Translations under genes and position numbers: made by a program
Part shown: positions 24,366-32,000 of the stretch, piece after piece
Layout: the number at the start of each line of letters is the position of its first letter
Numbering within the stretch: the first letter of the stretch is position 1
Notes under the pieces: generated by a model
The model's input: the letters and a program-made list of their open reading frames with translations, nothing else
Told to the model about the DNA's origin: nothing
The model's database searches: none
Assembly (NCBI RefSeq): GCF_000015585.1
Contig: NC_008789.1
Coordinates: 180,001 to 212,000 of the forward strand
Direction: 5' to 3'
DNA: 32,000 nt
DNA from: Halorhodospira halophila SL1
GTDB taxonomy: Bacteria; Pseudomonadota; Gammaproteobacteria; Nitrococcales; Halorhodospiraceae

Positions 24366-25019
24366 TTACCGGCCCGGCACCGGCTGCTGTACCGGGGCCT
24401 CGACGCGCTTGCGGCTGCCGTCGTCGAAGTACAGCTCCAGCGTGATCGCCTCCCCCTGGCTGAGCGGCCGACGCAGATCGACCAGCAGGAGCCTCGGCCC
24501 ACCCGGGCGCAATTCGACCTGCTCCTCCGGGGGCAGGAGCAGCCCGCCCAGGCGCTGGACCTGCGCGACTCCCCCGCGTCGCTCCACAGTATGGAGCAAA
24601 GCCTCCTCGGCCGCCTCGGTGAACACCCGCACCAAACGGTGGGACTGGTCCGCGGTATTCGTTAATGCCACCTCGCCCTGGACCACGCCCTCCCCCGGGG
24701 CACTCGCCGAGACCCGGATGCGGTCCACATCCACCACCTCGGCGGCGGCTTCCGGAGCGGGCTCCTCGGCGGACAGCTCATCCGGCACCGGGAGCGGCGA
24801 CAATGCGGTCAGCCCCGGATCCGGCGACTCACGCTCGCGCATCCGGCGCTCGACCTCCTCGGGGCGAGTCCGCAGCAGATCGATGGTCTCGCGATCAGGG
24901 CCCAGCACCGGCAGCCGGACGCCGTCCCGCGGCCCGTTTTCCGCCTGCGCCAACCCCTTGCCCAGCGAGCCGACCAACACCAGGATCGCGGCTGCCCAGA
25001 TGCCGTATCGTTGCCTCAT
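24366..25019 (-). CDS. Periplasmic PCuAC (DUF461)-like protein lacking most copper-ligand residues (217 aa)
   Basis: Signal peptide (MRQRYGIWAAAILVLVGSLGKGLAQA), then an acidic/Pro-rich linker. The C-terminal region ALTNTADQSHRLVRV...ALLHTVERRGGVAQVQRL...LPPEEQVELRPGGPRLLLVDLRRPLSQGEAITLELYFDDG aligns by eye with the PCuAC pattern (..lHe....dGvmkMr...ip.gg.v.l.PGGyHlMLmgL..pL..Gd.v.ltL.F). Start at ATG 25019. Confidence 0.6.
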   Translation of the reverse strand: MRQRYGIWAAAILVLVGSLGKGLAQAENGPRDGVRLPVLGPDRETIDLLRTRPEEVERRMRERESPDPGLTALSPLPVPDELSAEEPAPEAAAEVVDVDRIRVSASAPGEGVVQGEVALTNTADQSHRLVRVFTEAAEEALLHTVERRGGVAQVQRLGGLLLPPEEQVELRPGGPRLLLVDLRRPLSQGEAITLELYFDDGSRKRVEAPVQQPVPGR

Positions 25020-25148
25020 ACCCTTTCCACCCGCTGCTCCACCGCTGCGCGCACTATTCAGGGTATCGGCCCGCAAACCGCACCCTTGAACCCGCCCGGG
25101 GCCGGCCGTGAACTCGAGCCGACTGGCTTGCACCCCGCCGCGCTCGGA

Positions 25149-25841
25149 TCAGGGTCCGGGCCGCAGCACCCGCAACCACGTCCAGAAATTGAGCAGTGAG
25201 GCCAACGACTGCGCGACATAAGTCAACGCTGCGGCGCTGAGGATCCGTCGAGCGTGGGGAGGATCCACATCCGGGTAGAGGTAGCCGCTGCGCCGCAACA
25301 ACGGCAGCGCCCGGCGGAAGCTCGCGTCCAGTTCGGTGGGCAGCGTCACCAGGTGCACGACGACGCCGGAACCGAGACTGAGGACACCGCCGAGCAGGAA
25401 CAGCGCAGCCACCCCGGGCACCCGCAGCACACCGGCGACCACCGGGGCCGCCAACAGCAGGACGGCACCCAGCTGCTGGGCCCGCCCCACGGCGCGGACC
25501 AGCCGCTGGCGCCAGACGAAAGGCCCGTAACCCGCCGTATGCTGAAGGGCGTGCCCCACCTCGTGTGCGGCAACGGTGAGCGCCGCCAGCGAGCGGCGGT
25601 CGTAATGCTCGGCCGACAGCCGCACCGCGCCCGCCTGCGGATCGTAGTGATCGCCCCGCTCGGTCCGTTCGACCCGGATGCGGTTCAGCCCACAGCCGTC
25701 GAGCAGCTCACGAGCAAGCTGACCCCCAGTGACCGGATACCGATTGCCCGGCTCGGCGTAACGGCGCATCACGCGCTGCACCCACAGGCCGGGTCCATAC
25801 ACCGCGCCGAGCAGCAGCACCAGCAAGAGGATCCAGATCAT
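25149..25841 (-). CDS. Membrane zinc metallopeptidase, YugP/Zn_peptidase_2 family (230 aa)
   Basis: N-terminal TM helix, then GDHYDPQAGAVRLSAEHYDRRSLAALTVAAHEVGHALQH containing the HExxH motif, then C-terminal TM helices. This is the typical family layout. Confidence 0.85.
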   Translation of the reverse strand: MIWILLLVLLLGAVYGPGLWVQRVMRRYAEPGNRYPVTGGQLARELLDGCGLNRIRVERTERGDHYDPQAGAVRLSAEHYDRRSLAALTVAAHEVGHALQHTAGYGPFVWRQRLVRAVGRAQQLGAVLLLAAPVVAGVLRVPGVAALFLLGGVLSLGSGVVVHLVTLPTELDASFRRALPLLRRSGYLYPDVDPPHARRILSAAALTYVAQSLASLLNFWTWLRVLRPGP

Positions 25842-25909
25842 CGTCCCATTGTGCCGATACCGCGGGCCCGGCGCATGCCCCTGAAGCTGACAAACATGAT
25901 GAGCGGTTC

Positions 25910-25940
25910 ACATTTGCTACGGCAGGTAGTAACATTTGCT
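25910..25940. repeat. Direct repeat ACATTTGCT x2 (22-bp period) in an AT-richer divergent intergenic region
   Basis: ACATTTGCT occurs at 25910-25918 and 25932-25940. Each copy is followed by a similar (AC)GGCAGG or GCAGG tail. It lies between the divergent peptidase gene and the ORF at 26009. Confidence 0.55.
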
Positions 25941-26008
25941 GCAGGACAGCATAAGTTGTCTTTTGGTTAGCCATACAGGGCCTGATAGCGCCCGGGAGTC
26001 CAACGACC

Positions 26009-26407
26009 ATGTTTACCGCACTGGTCAGCCCGCAATACGCGGAACGCAACGGCCAGGCCACCACCGTCGCGGGCGGATTCATCGCCCACGGCCTGGTCCC
26101 TCCCCATCGTGACCACGGCGAACAGACCGGCTGGTTCTACGCCCTACTACCCGGACGGCCGGACTCGGTCGACCCGGAACACGTCCGTCCATTCCCGGCC
26201 GATCAGCTCGAGGCGGTACTGCTCGCCGAGCGGGATCGCTACCTGGAGATGGCTCAGTCGGACGGGGATGCGGTCTGGGCAGACGCGGCGGCAGCGATCG
26301 GTGACATGATCGGCTGCCTACACCGCGCCCAACTCCAGGGGGATGCCCGGTATACGGCGCTTGGCGAAGCGTCACCGGCAGACGCCGGTGCGAACGGCGC
26401 CGCGTAA
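26009..26407 (+). CDS. Hypothetical protein (132 aa)
   Basis: ATG start with GGGAG upstream. Third-codon positions are mostly G/C, consistent with the genome's coding bias. The composition is acidic and not shadow-like. I recognise no family. Confidence 0.55.
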   Translation: MFTALVSPQYAERNGQATTVAGGFIAHGLVPPHRDHGEQTGWFYALLPGRPDSVDPEHVRPFPADQLEAVLLAERDRYLEMAQSDGDAVWADAAAAIGDMIGCLHRAQLQGDARYTALGEASPADAGANGAA

Positions 26408-26416
26408 GCGGCTCCG

Positions 26417-27256
26417 TCAGACACTGTCGTCGGGCTGATCGAGCAACTCGGCCTCGGTCAGCACCGGCACACCCGGCGGATGATTCTCCGCGCGGGCCAG
26501 GAAGACATCACGGTACGACGTGTAGAGCACGGCCCCGAACACCGGAAGCAGCAGGACACCCAGCCAGCCGACGGTGAGCACCACCACACCGACGGCAGCA
26601 AGGAGCAGGCCGAGCAGACCGGTCATCGACACCGGATTGACGGCGTAGGCATGAACGCTCATCCACATGGCCATCCCGGGATGCGCGCCGTGCAGGGCCA
26701 CCATGGGCAGCAGGAACCACTGCCCGAAGGCGAGCAACCCGGCGAGCGCACCAACCGCTGCCAGCGCCCAGACACCGCCGGCGACAAATACCGGACCGAT
26801 GGCGAAGGCCTCTTGGGGCGGTGGCGCGGGTGCGCCCGAGGCCAATCGCTCCTCGTAAAGCCCGACCCCGGTAAGCACCGTCTCCAGCGAGTCGGCCAGG
26901 GGCCAGAACAGCAACGGCCCGAGGGCCCCGTAGGCGGCAAAGAGCCCGGCGCCGGCGGTCAGCGCCACGGCGCCGTCCAGATTGCCCGGCAGGACGTAGA
27001 ATGGCCGCGCATCGCGGTTGTAGTCCGCCACCAGCGCCAGGCGAACGAACAGCACCAGGGCCAGGACCACCACCAATAAGGTCAGCAATCCCCGCAGGGG
27101 CGCCCAGGCCACTGAGTGTGCGAGGAGCAGCGCCGCGGCGACGCCGGCGGTGTAGCCAAGGAACGCCGCCGGCCGGCGCACCAGCAGACCGGCGGCCTCC
27201 CGGAGCCATCCCTGCCAGGCCTCAGGCTCGGTGGGACGCGGCCCAAGCGCAGACAC
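26417..27256 (-). CDS. Hypothetical multi-pass inner-membrane protein (about 279 aa)
   Basis: Several long hydrophobic segments, e.g. LLTLLVVVLALVLFVRLALV, VWALAAVGALAGLLAFGQWFLLPMV and LLGLLLAAVGVVVLTVGWLGVLLLPVFGAVL. The track start at 27262 is a TTG abutting the ribosome-binding site. GTG 27256 lies 6 nt after GGGGAGGA and is preferred. Confidence 0.7.
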   Translation of the reverse strand: MSALGPRPTEPEAWQGWLREAAGLLVRRPAAFLGYTAGVAAALLLAHSVAWAPLRGLLTLLVVVLALVLFVRLALVADYNRDARPFYVLPGNLDGAVALTAGAGLFAAYGALGPLLFWPLADSLETVLTGVGLYEERLASGAPAPPPQEAFAIGPVFVAGGVWALAAVGALAGLLAFGQWFLLPMVALHGAHPGMAMWMSVHAYAVNPVSMTGLLGLLLAAVGVVVLTVGWLGVLLLPVFGAVLYTSYRDVFLARAENHPPGVPVLTEAELLDQPDDSV

Positions 27257-27326
27257 GTGCAATCCTCCCCGTCACTGTCCGAGCGCCGGGCGCCCCAACC
27301 CCATCGCCGTCGACCGCCGCGCAGGC

Positions 27327-27764
27327 TCAGCCAATCCCCTCCGGCGACCCGAACTTATCGAGCAGCTCCTCAAGGATCTGGAGCATATCCACGGCGGAGA
27401 CCATGCCCACCAGCCGCTGCTCCTTGTTGAGCACCGGCAACGCACCGAAGCGGTTCTCCCGCATCAGCTGGGCAGCCCGCTGGACCGGGTCGTAGGTGTG
27501 GACAACGACCGGGTGGCGGGTCATGACGTTCTTGAGGGCCATGTTGTCGTCCAGGTAGTAGACGTGGGCGATGTCCGGCGCCTCGTCGACCCAGTCCGGA
27601 CGCCGCAGGTCGCGATCGGTGACCATCCCCAGCAGCGCCATATCCTCATCCACCACCGGCAGATGCCGGATGTGGTTGTAGCGCATCTTGAAAAAGGCCT
27701 CCCGCACACCTTCATCGGGATGCCCGGTGACCAGTTTATCCGTCATGATCTCAGGGAGCTTCAT
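27327..27764 (-). CDS. CBS-pair domain protein (145 aa)
   Basis: Two CBS repeats (IMTDKLVTGHPDEGVREAFFKMRYNHIRHLPVVDEDMALLGMVTDRDL and VMTRHPVVVHTYDPVQRAAQLMRENRFGALPVLNKEQRLVGMVSAVDML). Start at ATG 27764 with CAGGAGGGA upstream. Confidence 0.88.
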   Translation of the reverse strand: MKLPEIMTDKLVTGHPDEGVREAFFKMRYNHIRHLPVVDEDMALLGMVTDRDLRRPDWVDEAPDIAHVYYLDDNMALKNVMTRHPVVVHTYDPVQRAAQLMRENRFGALPVLNKEQRLVGMVSAVDMLQILEELLDKFGSPEGIG

Positions 27765-27792
27765 GGCTTCCCTCCTGATAAGCATGGCTGTA

Positions 27793-27820
27793 GCGGGTGC
27801 CGTCTCATCGACGGCACCGC
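27793..27820 (-). terminator. Stem-loop between ilvD and the CBS gene (possible terminator or processing hairpin)
   Basis: GCGGGTGCCGTC (27793-27804) pairs with GACGGCACCGC (27810-27820), with one bulged G and a 5-nt loop. No clear U-tract on the minus strand. Confidence 0.4.
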
Positions 27821-27843
27821 TGCGGCTCGTATCCTTGCTGGGC

Positions 27844-29541
27844 CTACTCCTGCTCGGGGAAGAGGTCGGCGTCGGTCACTGCACCGCGACTGGCCGAGGC
27901 CGCCAGGCGCGCATACTTGCCCAACACCCCGCGACGGTAGCGAGGCCGGGGCACCTGCCACTGGCTGCGGCGACGCTCGAGCTCCGCGTCATCCACCTCC
28001 ACCTGAAGCAGGTTCTGGTCGGCGTCGATGGTCACCGTATCGCCCTCGGCAATCAGCGCGATGGTCCCGCCGTCGTAGGCCTCAGGCGCCACGTGCCCGA
28101 CCACCATCCCGTAGGTCCCGCCGGAGAAACGGCCGTCAGTGATCAGCCCCACCGCATCGCCGAGCCCCTTGCCGATGATCGCCGAGGTGGGCGCCAGCAT
28201 CTCGCGCATGCCGGGCCCTCCCTTGGGCCCCTCGTAGCGGACGATCACCACGTCACCGGCCTGCACCCCGTCGGCCAGGATGGCCTCCAGGCACTCCTCC
28301 TCGGAATCGAACACGCGGGCCGGTCCGCTGATACGGCGCTGTTGGATGCCACTGACCTTGGCCACGGCACCCTCTTCAGCCAGGTTGCCCCGCAGGATTG
28401 CCAGGTGACCCTCGGGATAGAGCGGCCGATCGAAGGGCATGATGATCTCCTGATCCGCCGGCGGCTCCGGCGGCAGGTGGCCGATGAGGGCCTCGATGGT
28501 CTGCCCGGTGATGGTCTGGCAGTGGCCGTGCAACAGCCCCTGCTCCAGGAGGATGCGCATCACCTGCGGCGTGCCGCCGACCTCGTGGAACTGACTGGTC
28601 ACGAACCGGCCCGACGGCTTGAGGTCGCAGAGTACCGGCACCTTGCGGCGGATGCGCTCGACGTCGTCGAGGTCGAACGGCACCTCGGCGGTATTGGCGA
28701 TGGCCAGCAGGTGGAGCACGGCGTTAGTGGAGCCGCCCAGGGCCATCACCACCGCAAAGGCGTTCTCGAAGGCCTCGCGGGTGAGGATCGAGGACGGGCG
28801 CCGGTCGTGATGGACAGCGTCCATCAGGACCCGGGACGCCTCGGCGGCCACATCCCGGGCCTCGTCGTCCTCGGCAGAGACGGTGGACGAGCCCATCAGG
28901 CTCATGCCCATGGCCTCGAAGGCGCTGGACATGGTGTTGGCCGTGAACATGCCGCCACAGGCGCCCGCCCCGGGGCAGGCGTTCTCCTCGACCCCCTTGA
29001 GATCGGCCTCGGAGAGGTTGCCGGCGTTGTACTGCCCCACCGCCTCGAAGGCGCTGACCACGGTGAGATCCTCGCCCTTGTAATGACCCGGCTTGATGGT
29101 GCCGCCATAGACGAAGATACCCGGGATATCCAGACGGGCCAGGGCCATCATCGCCCCGGGCATGTTCTTGTCGCAGCCACCAGTGGCGAGCATGCCGTCC
29201 ATCCGCTGGCCACCGCCCACCGTCTCGATCGAATCGGCGATCACCTCGCGGGAGACCAGGGAGTACTTCATGCCCTCGGTGCCCATGGTGATCCCGTCGG
29301 AGACGGTGATGGTGCCGAACTTCATCGGCATCGCCCCCACCTCGCGCAGCGCCTCCTCGGCGCGCCGCGCCATGGCGCCGATCCCGACGTTGCAGGGGGT
29401 GATCGTACTGTGCGCGTTGCCGACCCCGATGATCGGCTTCTCGAAATCCTCATCCCGGAAACCGACGGCGCGCAGCATCGCGCGGTTGGGGGTTCGGGCC
29501 ACGCCCTGGGTGATCACTCGGCTGCGACGGTTATCCGCCAT
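27844..29541 (-). CDS. ilvD: Dihydroxy-acid dehydratase (565 aa)
   Basis: [51 protein letters not shown]..., ...CDKNMPG..., ...[11 protein letters not shown]... are hallmark IlvD sequences. Start at ATG 29541 with GAGGAG upstream. Confidence 0.97.
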   Translation of the reverse strand: MADNRRSRVITQGVARTPNRAMLRAVGFRDEDFEKPIIGVGNAHSTITPCNVGIGAMARRAEEALREVGAMPMKFGTITVSDGITMGTEGMKYSLVSREVIADSIETVGGGQRMDGMLATGGCDKNMPGAMMALARLDIPGIFVYGGTIKPGHYKGEDLTVVSAFEAVGQYNAGNLSEADLKGVEENACPGAGACGGMFTANTMSSAFEAMGMSLMGSSTVSAEDDEARDVAAEASRVLMDAVHHDRRPSSILTREAFENAFAVVMALGGSTNAVLHLLAIANTAEVPFDLDDVERIRRKVPVLCDLKPSGRFVTSQFHEVGGTPQVMRILLEQGLLHGHCQTITGQTIEALIGHLPPEPPADQEIIMPFDRPLYPEGHLAILRGNLAEEGAVAKVSGIQQRRISGPARVFDSEEECLEAILADGVQAGDVVIVRYEGPKGGPGMREMLAPTSAIIGKGLGDAVGLITDGRFSGGTYGMVVGHVAPEAYDGGTIALIAEGDTVTIDADQNLLQVEVDDAELERRRSQWQVPRPRYRRGVLGKYARLAASASRGAVTDADLFPEQE

Positions 29542-29713
29542 GGATGGCTCCTCTGTCATAAACGATTGCAGGCGATCCGCATAGGGTACCTAAGAACGGT
29601 GCCGTCGCGGGAGTACCAGCCGCCGGTTTACACCCCGGTAACCGCACACCGGGATCGCCGATGGCCGCTCCGCCCCCTTGCGCCGCAACAGAGGGCGGAC
29701 TCAGGATAGCGGG

Positions 29714-31375
29714 ATGGTCAGCAGCCGGGATAACGGACCGCCGATGGGCGCAGACGAGGCCTCATTCTCTTGGGAGACCGTGGAGCGGCAGTGGCTGGGC
29801 GCCCAGGACGACGGCGGTTTCAACCTGGCGTACCAGTGCCTGGAGCGGAACATCGCCGCCGGCCGCGGCGGGCAGGAGGCACTGATCTGGCGCGGCGCCG
29901 AAGGCGAACGCCAGGTGTACAGCTACCAGGATCTGCTCGACGGCGCGCTACGCTTCGCCCGGGCGCTGGAGCGACGCGGCGTGCGCCTGGCCGAGCGGGT
30001 CTGCACCCTCGGGCCACGTCGCCCGGAGCTCTACCTGGCCGCCCTCGGCACCCTGCGCCACGGTGCCGTCTACGCCCCCCTGTTCTCGGTCTACGGCCCC
30101 GACCCGATCCGCCGTCGCCTGGAACTGGGCGAAGCCCGGGTGGTGATCACCACCCGGCGGCTCTTCGAGGAGCGCATTGCCCCGGTGCGCGGCGCGCTGC
30201 CGGCGCTGGAGCACGTCGTCCTGGTCGATGACGAGGCCCCCGGCGCAGCGTCGTGGGAGGCCTTCTGCGCGAATGACGCCGCCCCCCAGCCGATGGCGAC
30301 CGGCGCCGAATACCCGGCCCTGTTGCACTTCACCAGTGGCACGTCCGGCCCGCCCAAGGGGGTGCTCCACGTCCACCGCGCCGCCGCGGCCCATTTGGCC
30401 ACCGGGCGCGAAGTGCTAGGCCTGGCCCCGGGCGAGCGCTACTGGTGCACCGCCGACCCGGGGTGGGTCACCGGGGTCTCCTACGGCATCCTCGCACCGT
30501 TGCTCTGCGGCGCCACCCTGGTGGTCGATGAAGGCGAGTTCGACGCCCAGCGCTGGTACGGCATCCTCGCCACGGAGGGGGTTCGGTGCTGGTTCACGGC
30601 ACCCACGGCCCTGCGCATGCTGCGCCGAGCCGGCCCCGAGGCACTGGAGGGCTTCGACCTGTCCCGACTCGAACGGATCTTCAGCACCGGCGAACCCCTG
30701 GACCCGGCCCTCACGGAATGGACCGAGAACCATCTGGGCCGCCCCACCCGGGACGCCTGGTGGCAGTCGGAAACCGGCGCCATCATGACCGCCCAGTACG
30801 GTGATGCGCCGGTCCGCGCCGGTCGCATGGGCCGCCCTGTGCCGGGCGTCGAGCTGATTCTGGCCGAGGCCGATGGCGACACCGTCACCCCCGTGACCCA
30901 ACCGGGGACCACCGGCGAGATCCTGATCCGCCGCGGCTGGCCGTCCATGTTCCGCGCCTACCTGGGCGCGCCGGAGCGCTACCGGGCCGCCTTCGTCGAC
31001 AACTGGTACCGCTCCGGCGACCTAGCCCAGTGGGACGAACAAGGCGAGCTGCGCTTTATCGGCCGAGCCGACGATGTCATCAAGACCGCCGGGCATATGG
31101 TGGGGCCAGCGGAGGTCGAGGCGGTCCTGAACCACCACCCGGAGGTGGCCGAATGCGGGGTGAGCGGCATCCCCGACCCGGTGGCCGGCGCCCTGGTCGC
31201 GGCCTGGGTCGTCACCCGCCGCCCTCCCGAGGCCCCGGAACAGCTGCGCCGGGATCTCATCACCCATGCACGACAGCGCCTCGGCGCGGCGGTGGCGCCG
31301 CGCGAGATCCACTTCGTGGACGAGCTACCCAAGACCCCCAGCGGGAAGATCCTACGCCGTCAGCTGAGCACGTGA
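29714..31375 (+). CDS. acsA: AMP-forming acetyl-CoA synthetase, short Bacillus AcsA-like type (about 553 aa)
   Basis: AMP-binding motif LLHFTSGTSGPPKGVLHVH, then YWCTADPGWVTG, WWQSETG and the C-terminal catalytic-lysine region LPKTPSGKILRR. It appears collinear with B. subtilis AcsA as I recall it. The start is uncertain: ATG 29714 is preferred, with 29744 and 29678 as alternatives. Confidence 0.88.
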   Translation: MVSSRDNGPPMGADEASFSWETVERQWLGAQDDGGFNLAYQCLERNIAAGRGGQEALIWRGAEGERQVYSYQDLLDGALRFARALERRGVRLAERVCTLGPRRPELYLAALGTLRHGAVYAPLFSVYGPDPIRRRLELGEARVVITTRRLFEERIAPVRGALPALEHVVLVDDEAPGAASWEAFCANDAAPQPMATGAEYPALLHFTSGTSGPPKGVLHVHRAAAAHLATGREVLGLAPGERYWCTADPGWVTGVSYGILAPLLCGATLVVDEGEFDAQRWYGILATEGVRCWFTAPTALRMLRRAGPEALEGFDLSRLERIFSTGEPLDPALTEWTENHLGRPTRDAWWQSETGAIMTAQYGDAPVRAGRMGRPVPGVELILAEADGDTVTPVTQPGTTGEILIRRGWPSMFRAYLGAPERYRAAFVDNWYRSGDLAQWDEQGELRFIGRADDVIKTAGHMVGPAEVEAVLNHHPEVAECGVSGIPDPVAGALVAAWVVTRRPPEAPEQLRRDLITHARQRLGAAVAPREIHFVDELPKTPSGKILRRQLST

Positions 31376-31389
31376 ACCGAGCGCTCCGG

Positions 31390-31542
31390 CTACTTCAGCA
31401 CCCGCCGCAGGGCCCGCCCGGCCGCCTTCCCGGTATCATAACCAGTGACCCGTCGGCCACCGCGCTCGCGACGGACCTGCTCCGCGCTGCGCGCCACGCG
31501 CGCTGCCCGTAGCGCCCAGGGCACCACTCTGAGCCAGTTCAC
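31390..31542 (-). CDS. Candidate small, very basic protein (50 aa), unknown function
   Basis: GTG 31542 is preceded by GGGAGGAA with a 6-nt spacer. The product reads (M)NWLRVVPWALRAARVARSAEQVRRERGGRRVTGYDTGKAAGRALRRVLK. About 80% of third-codon positions are G/C. I recognise no family, and it could be a chance ORF. Confidence 0.35.
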   Translation of the reverse strand: MNWLRVVPWALRAARVARSAEQVRRERGGRRVTGYDTGKAAGRALRRVLK

Positions 31543-31674
31543 GGTGACTTCCTCCCTATTGAGCCTGAATCTGAGTGTAATCCATCGCCGATCGACACTG
31601 AAGCAGCACACGTGGTCAGCAGTCCGCCACTACCGTTACGCTAACCGGCAACGATCCGGAGAAGGAGATCCCGA

Positions 31675-32000
31675 GTGTTCACCCGACACCCGCTCACCTG
31701 GCTCACCGCCGCCCTCACCGCCCTTGTGCCCGCGCTGGCCCTGGCTGAAGAACCGGAAGAGAACCCGGCGCGCAGCGTGGCCGAACTGACCCAGGGCGCC
31801 GCCCAGACCCTTGGAGAGGAGCTGCGCGCGATCGGCGACCTGTTCAAGGGCTTCGAGGGCGAGGCCCTCGGCCCGCAGCTGTGGACACTCGCCCAGGAGC
31901 TGGCCGACCTGGGCCTGATCATCGCCGTCACCATCGGTCTGCTCCTGCTGCTGCGGCCGCTGGCGCGCCCCGTGTTCAACCGCGCCGAAAGCTGGGCGCA
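31675..32000 (+). CDS. N-terminal fragment of an exported/membrane protein (signal peptide plus TM helix); continues past the window end
   Basis: Absent from the track because it has no stop in the window. GTG 31675 follows GAAGGAG by 7 nt. My translation reads VFTRHPLTWLTAALTALVPALALAEEPEENPARSVAELTQGAAQTLGEELRAIGDLFKGFEGEALGPQLWTLAQELADLGLIIAVTIGLLLLLRPLARPVF.... The layout is reminiscent of the N-terminus of MscS-family mechanosensitive channels, but that is not established. Confidence 0.5.
   Translation, partial: MFTRHPLTWLTAALTALVPALALAEEPEENPARSVAELTQGAAQTLGEELRAIGDLFKGFEGEALGPQLWTLAQELADLGLIIAVTIGLLLLLRPLARPVFNRAESWA

Noticed and set aside
27688-29709. 673-aa plus-strand ORF opposite ilvD
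   Set aside because: It is antisense to a textbook IlvD sequence and is a shadow ORF.
1-32000. Looked for CRISPR arrays, tRNA or rRNA genes, IS elements or transposases, integrases, and defence-system hallmarks (restriction, toxin-antitoxin, nuclease or helicase clusters)
   Set aside because: No regularly spaced repeats, no cloverleaf-sized conserved RNA in the short intergenic regions, and no transposase- or integrase-like ORF or terminal inverted repeats were seen. Intergenic regions are short and mostly explained by ribosome-binding sites, promoters and hairpins.

Overview
This is a visibly GC-rich, proteobacterial-type chromosomal window with dense, operon-style coding. The many long Arg/Pro/Gly-rich shadow ORFs in the track are typical of high-GC DNA.

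Positions 1-15907 hold one minus-strand type VI secretion (T6SS) operon: tssJ-tssK-tssL-tssM-tssA-tssB-tssC-hcp-tssE-tssF-tssG-vgrG-vgrG'. The second vgrG is absent from the ORF track because it runs off the left edge. Most gene junctions overlap or nearly abut. No clpV/tssH, PAAR, fha/ppkA/pppA, tagF/tagL or effector-immunity gene is visible.

A transmembrane methyl-accepting chemotaxis protein is divergent from the operon at 16185-17807. Its predicted periplasmic region matches the full CZB zinc-binding motif.

The right half holds ordinary and accessory genes:
- slyD-type FKBP isomerase
- an unknown acidic secreted protein coupled to a small DUF6164-like membrane protein
- type II haloacid dehalogenase
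- tatD
- a membrane PAS-GAF-GGDEF-EAL protein preceded by a PCuAC-like periplasmic protein that appears to have lost its copper ligands
- YugP-type zinc peptidase
- two hypothetical genes
- a CBS-pair protein
- ilvD
- a Bacillus-type acsA
- a candidate 50-aa basic ORF
- the N-terminus of a membrane protein running off the right edge

I saw no rRNA, tRNA, CRISPR array or recognisable mobile element. Nothing here can be declared a new system from sequence alone. The points most worth follow-up are the ClpV-less, accessory-free T6SS, the periplasmic CZB chemoreceptor beside it, and the ligand-less PCuAC-like protein paired with the c-di-GMP enzyme.
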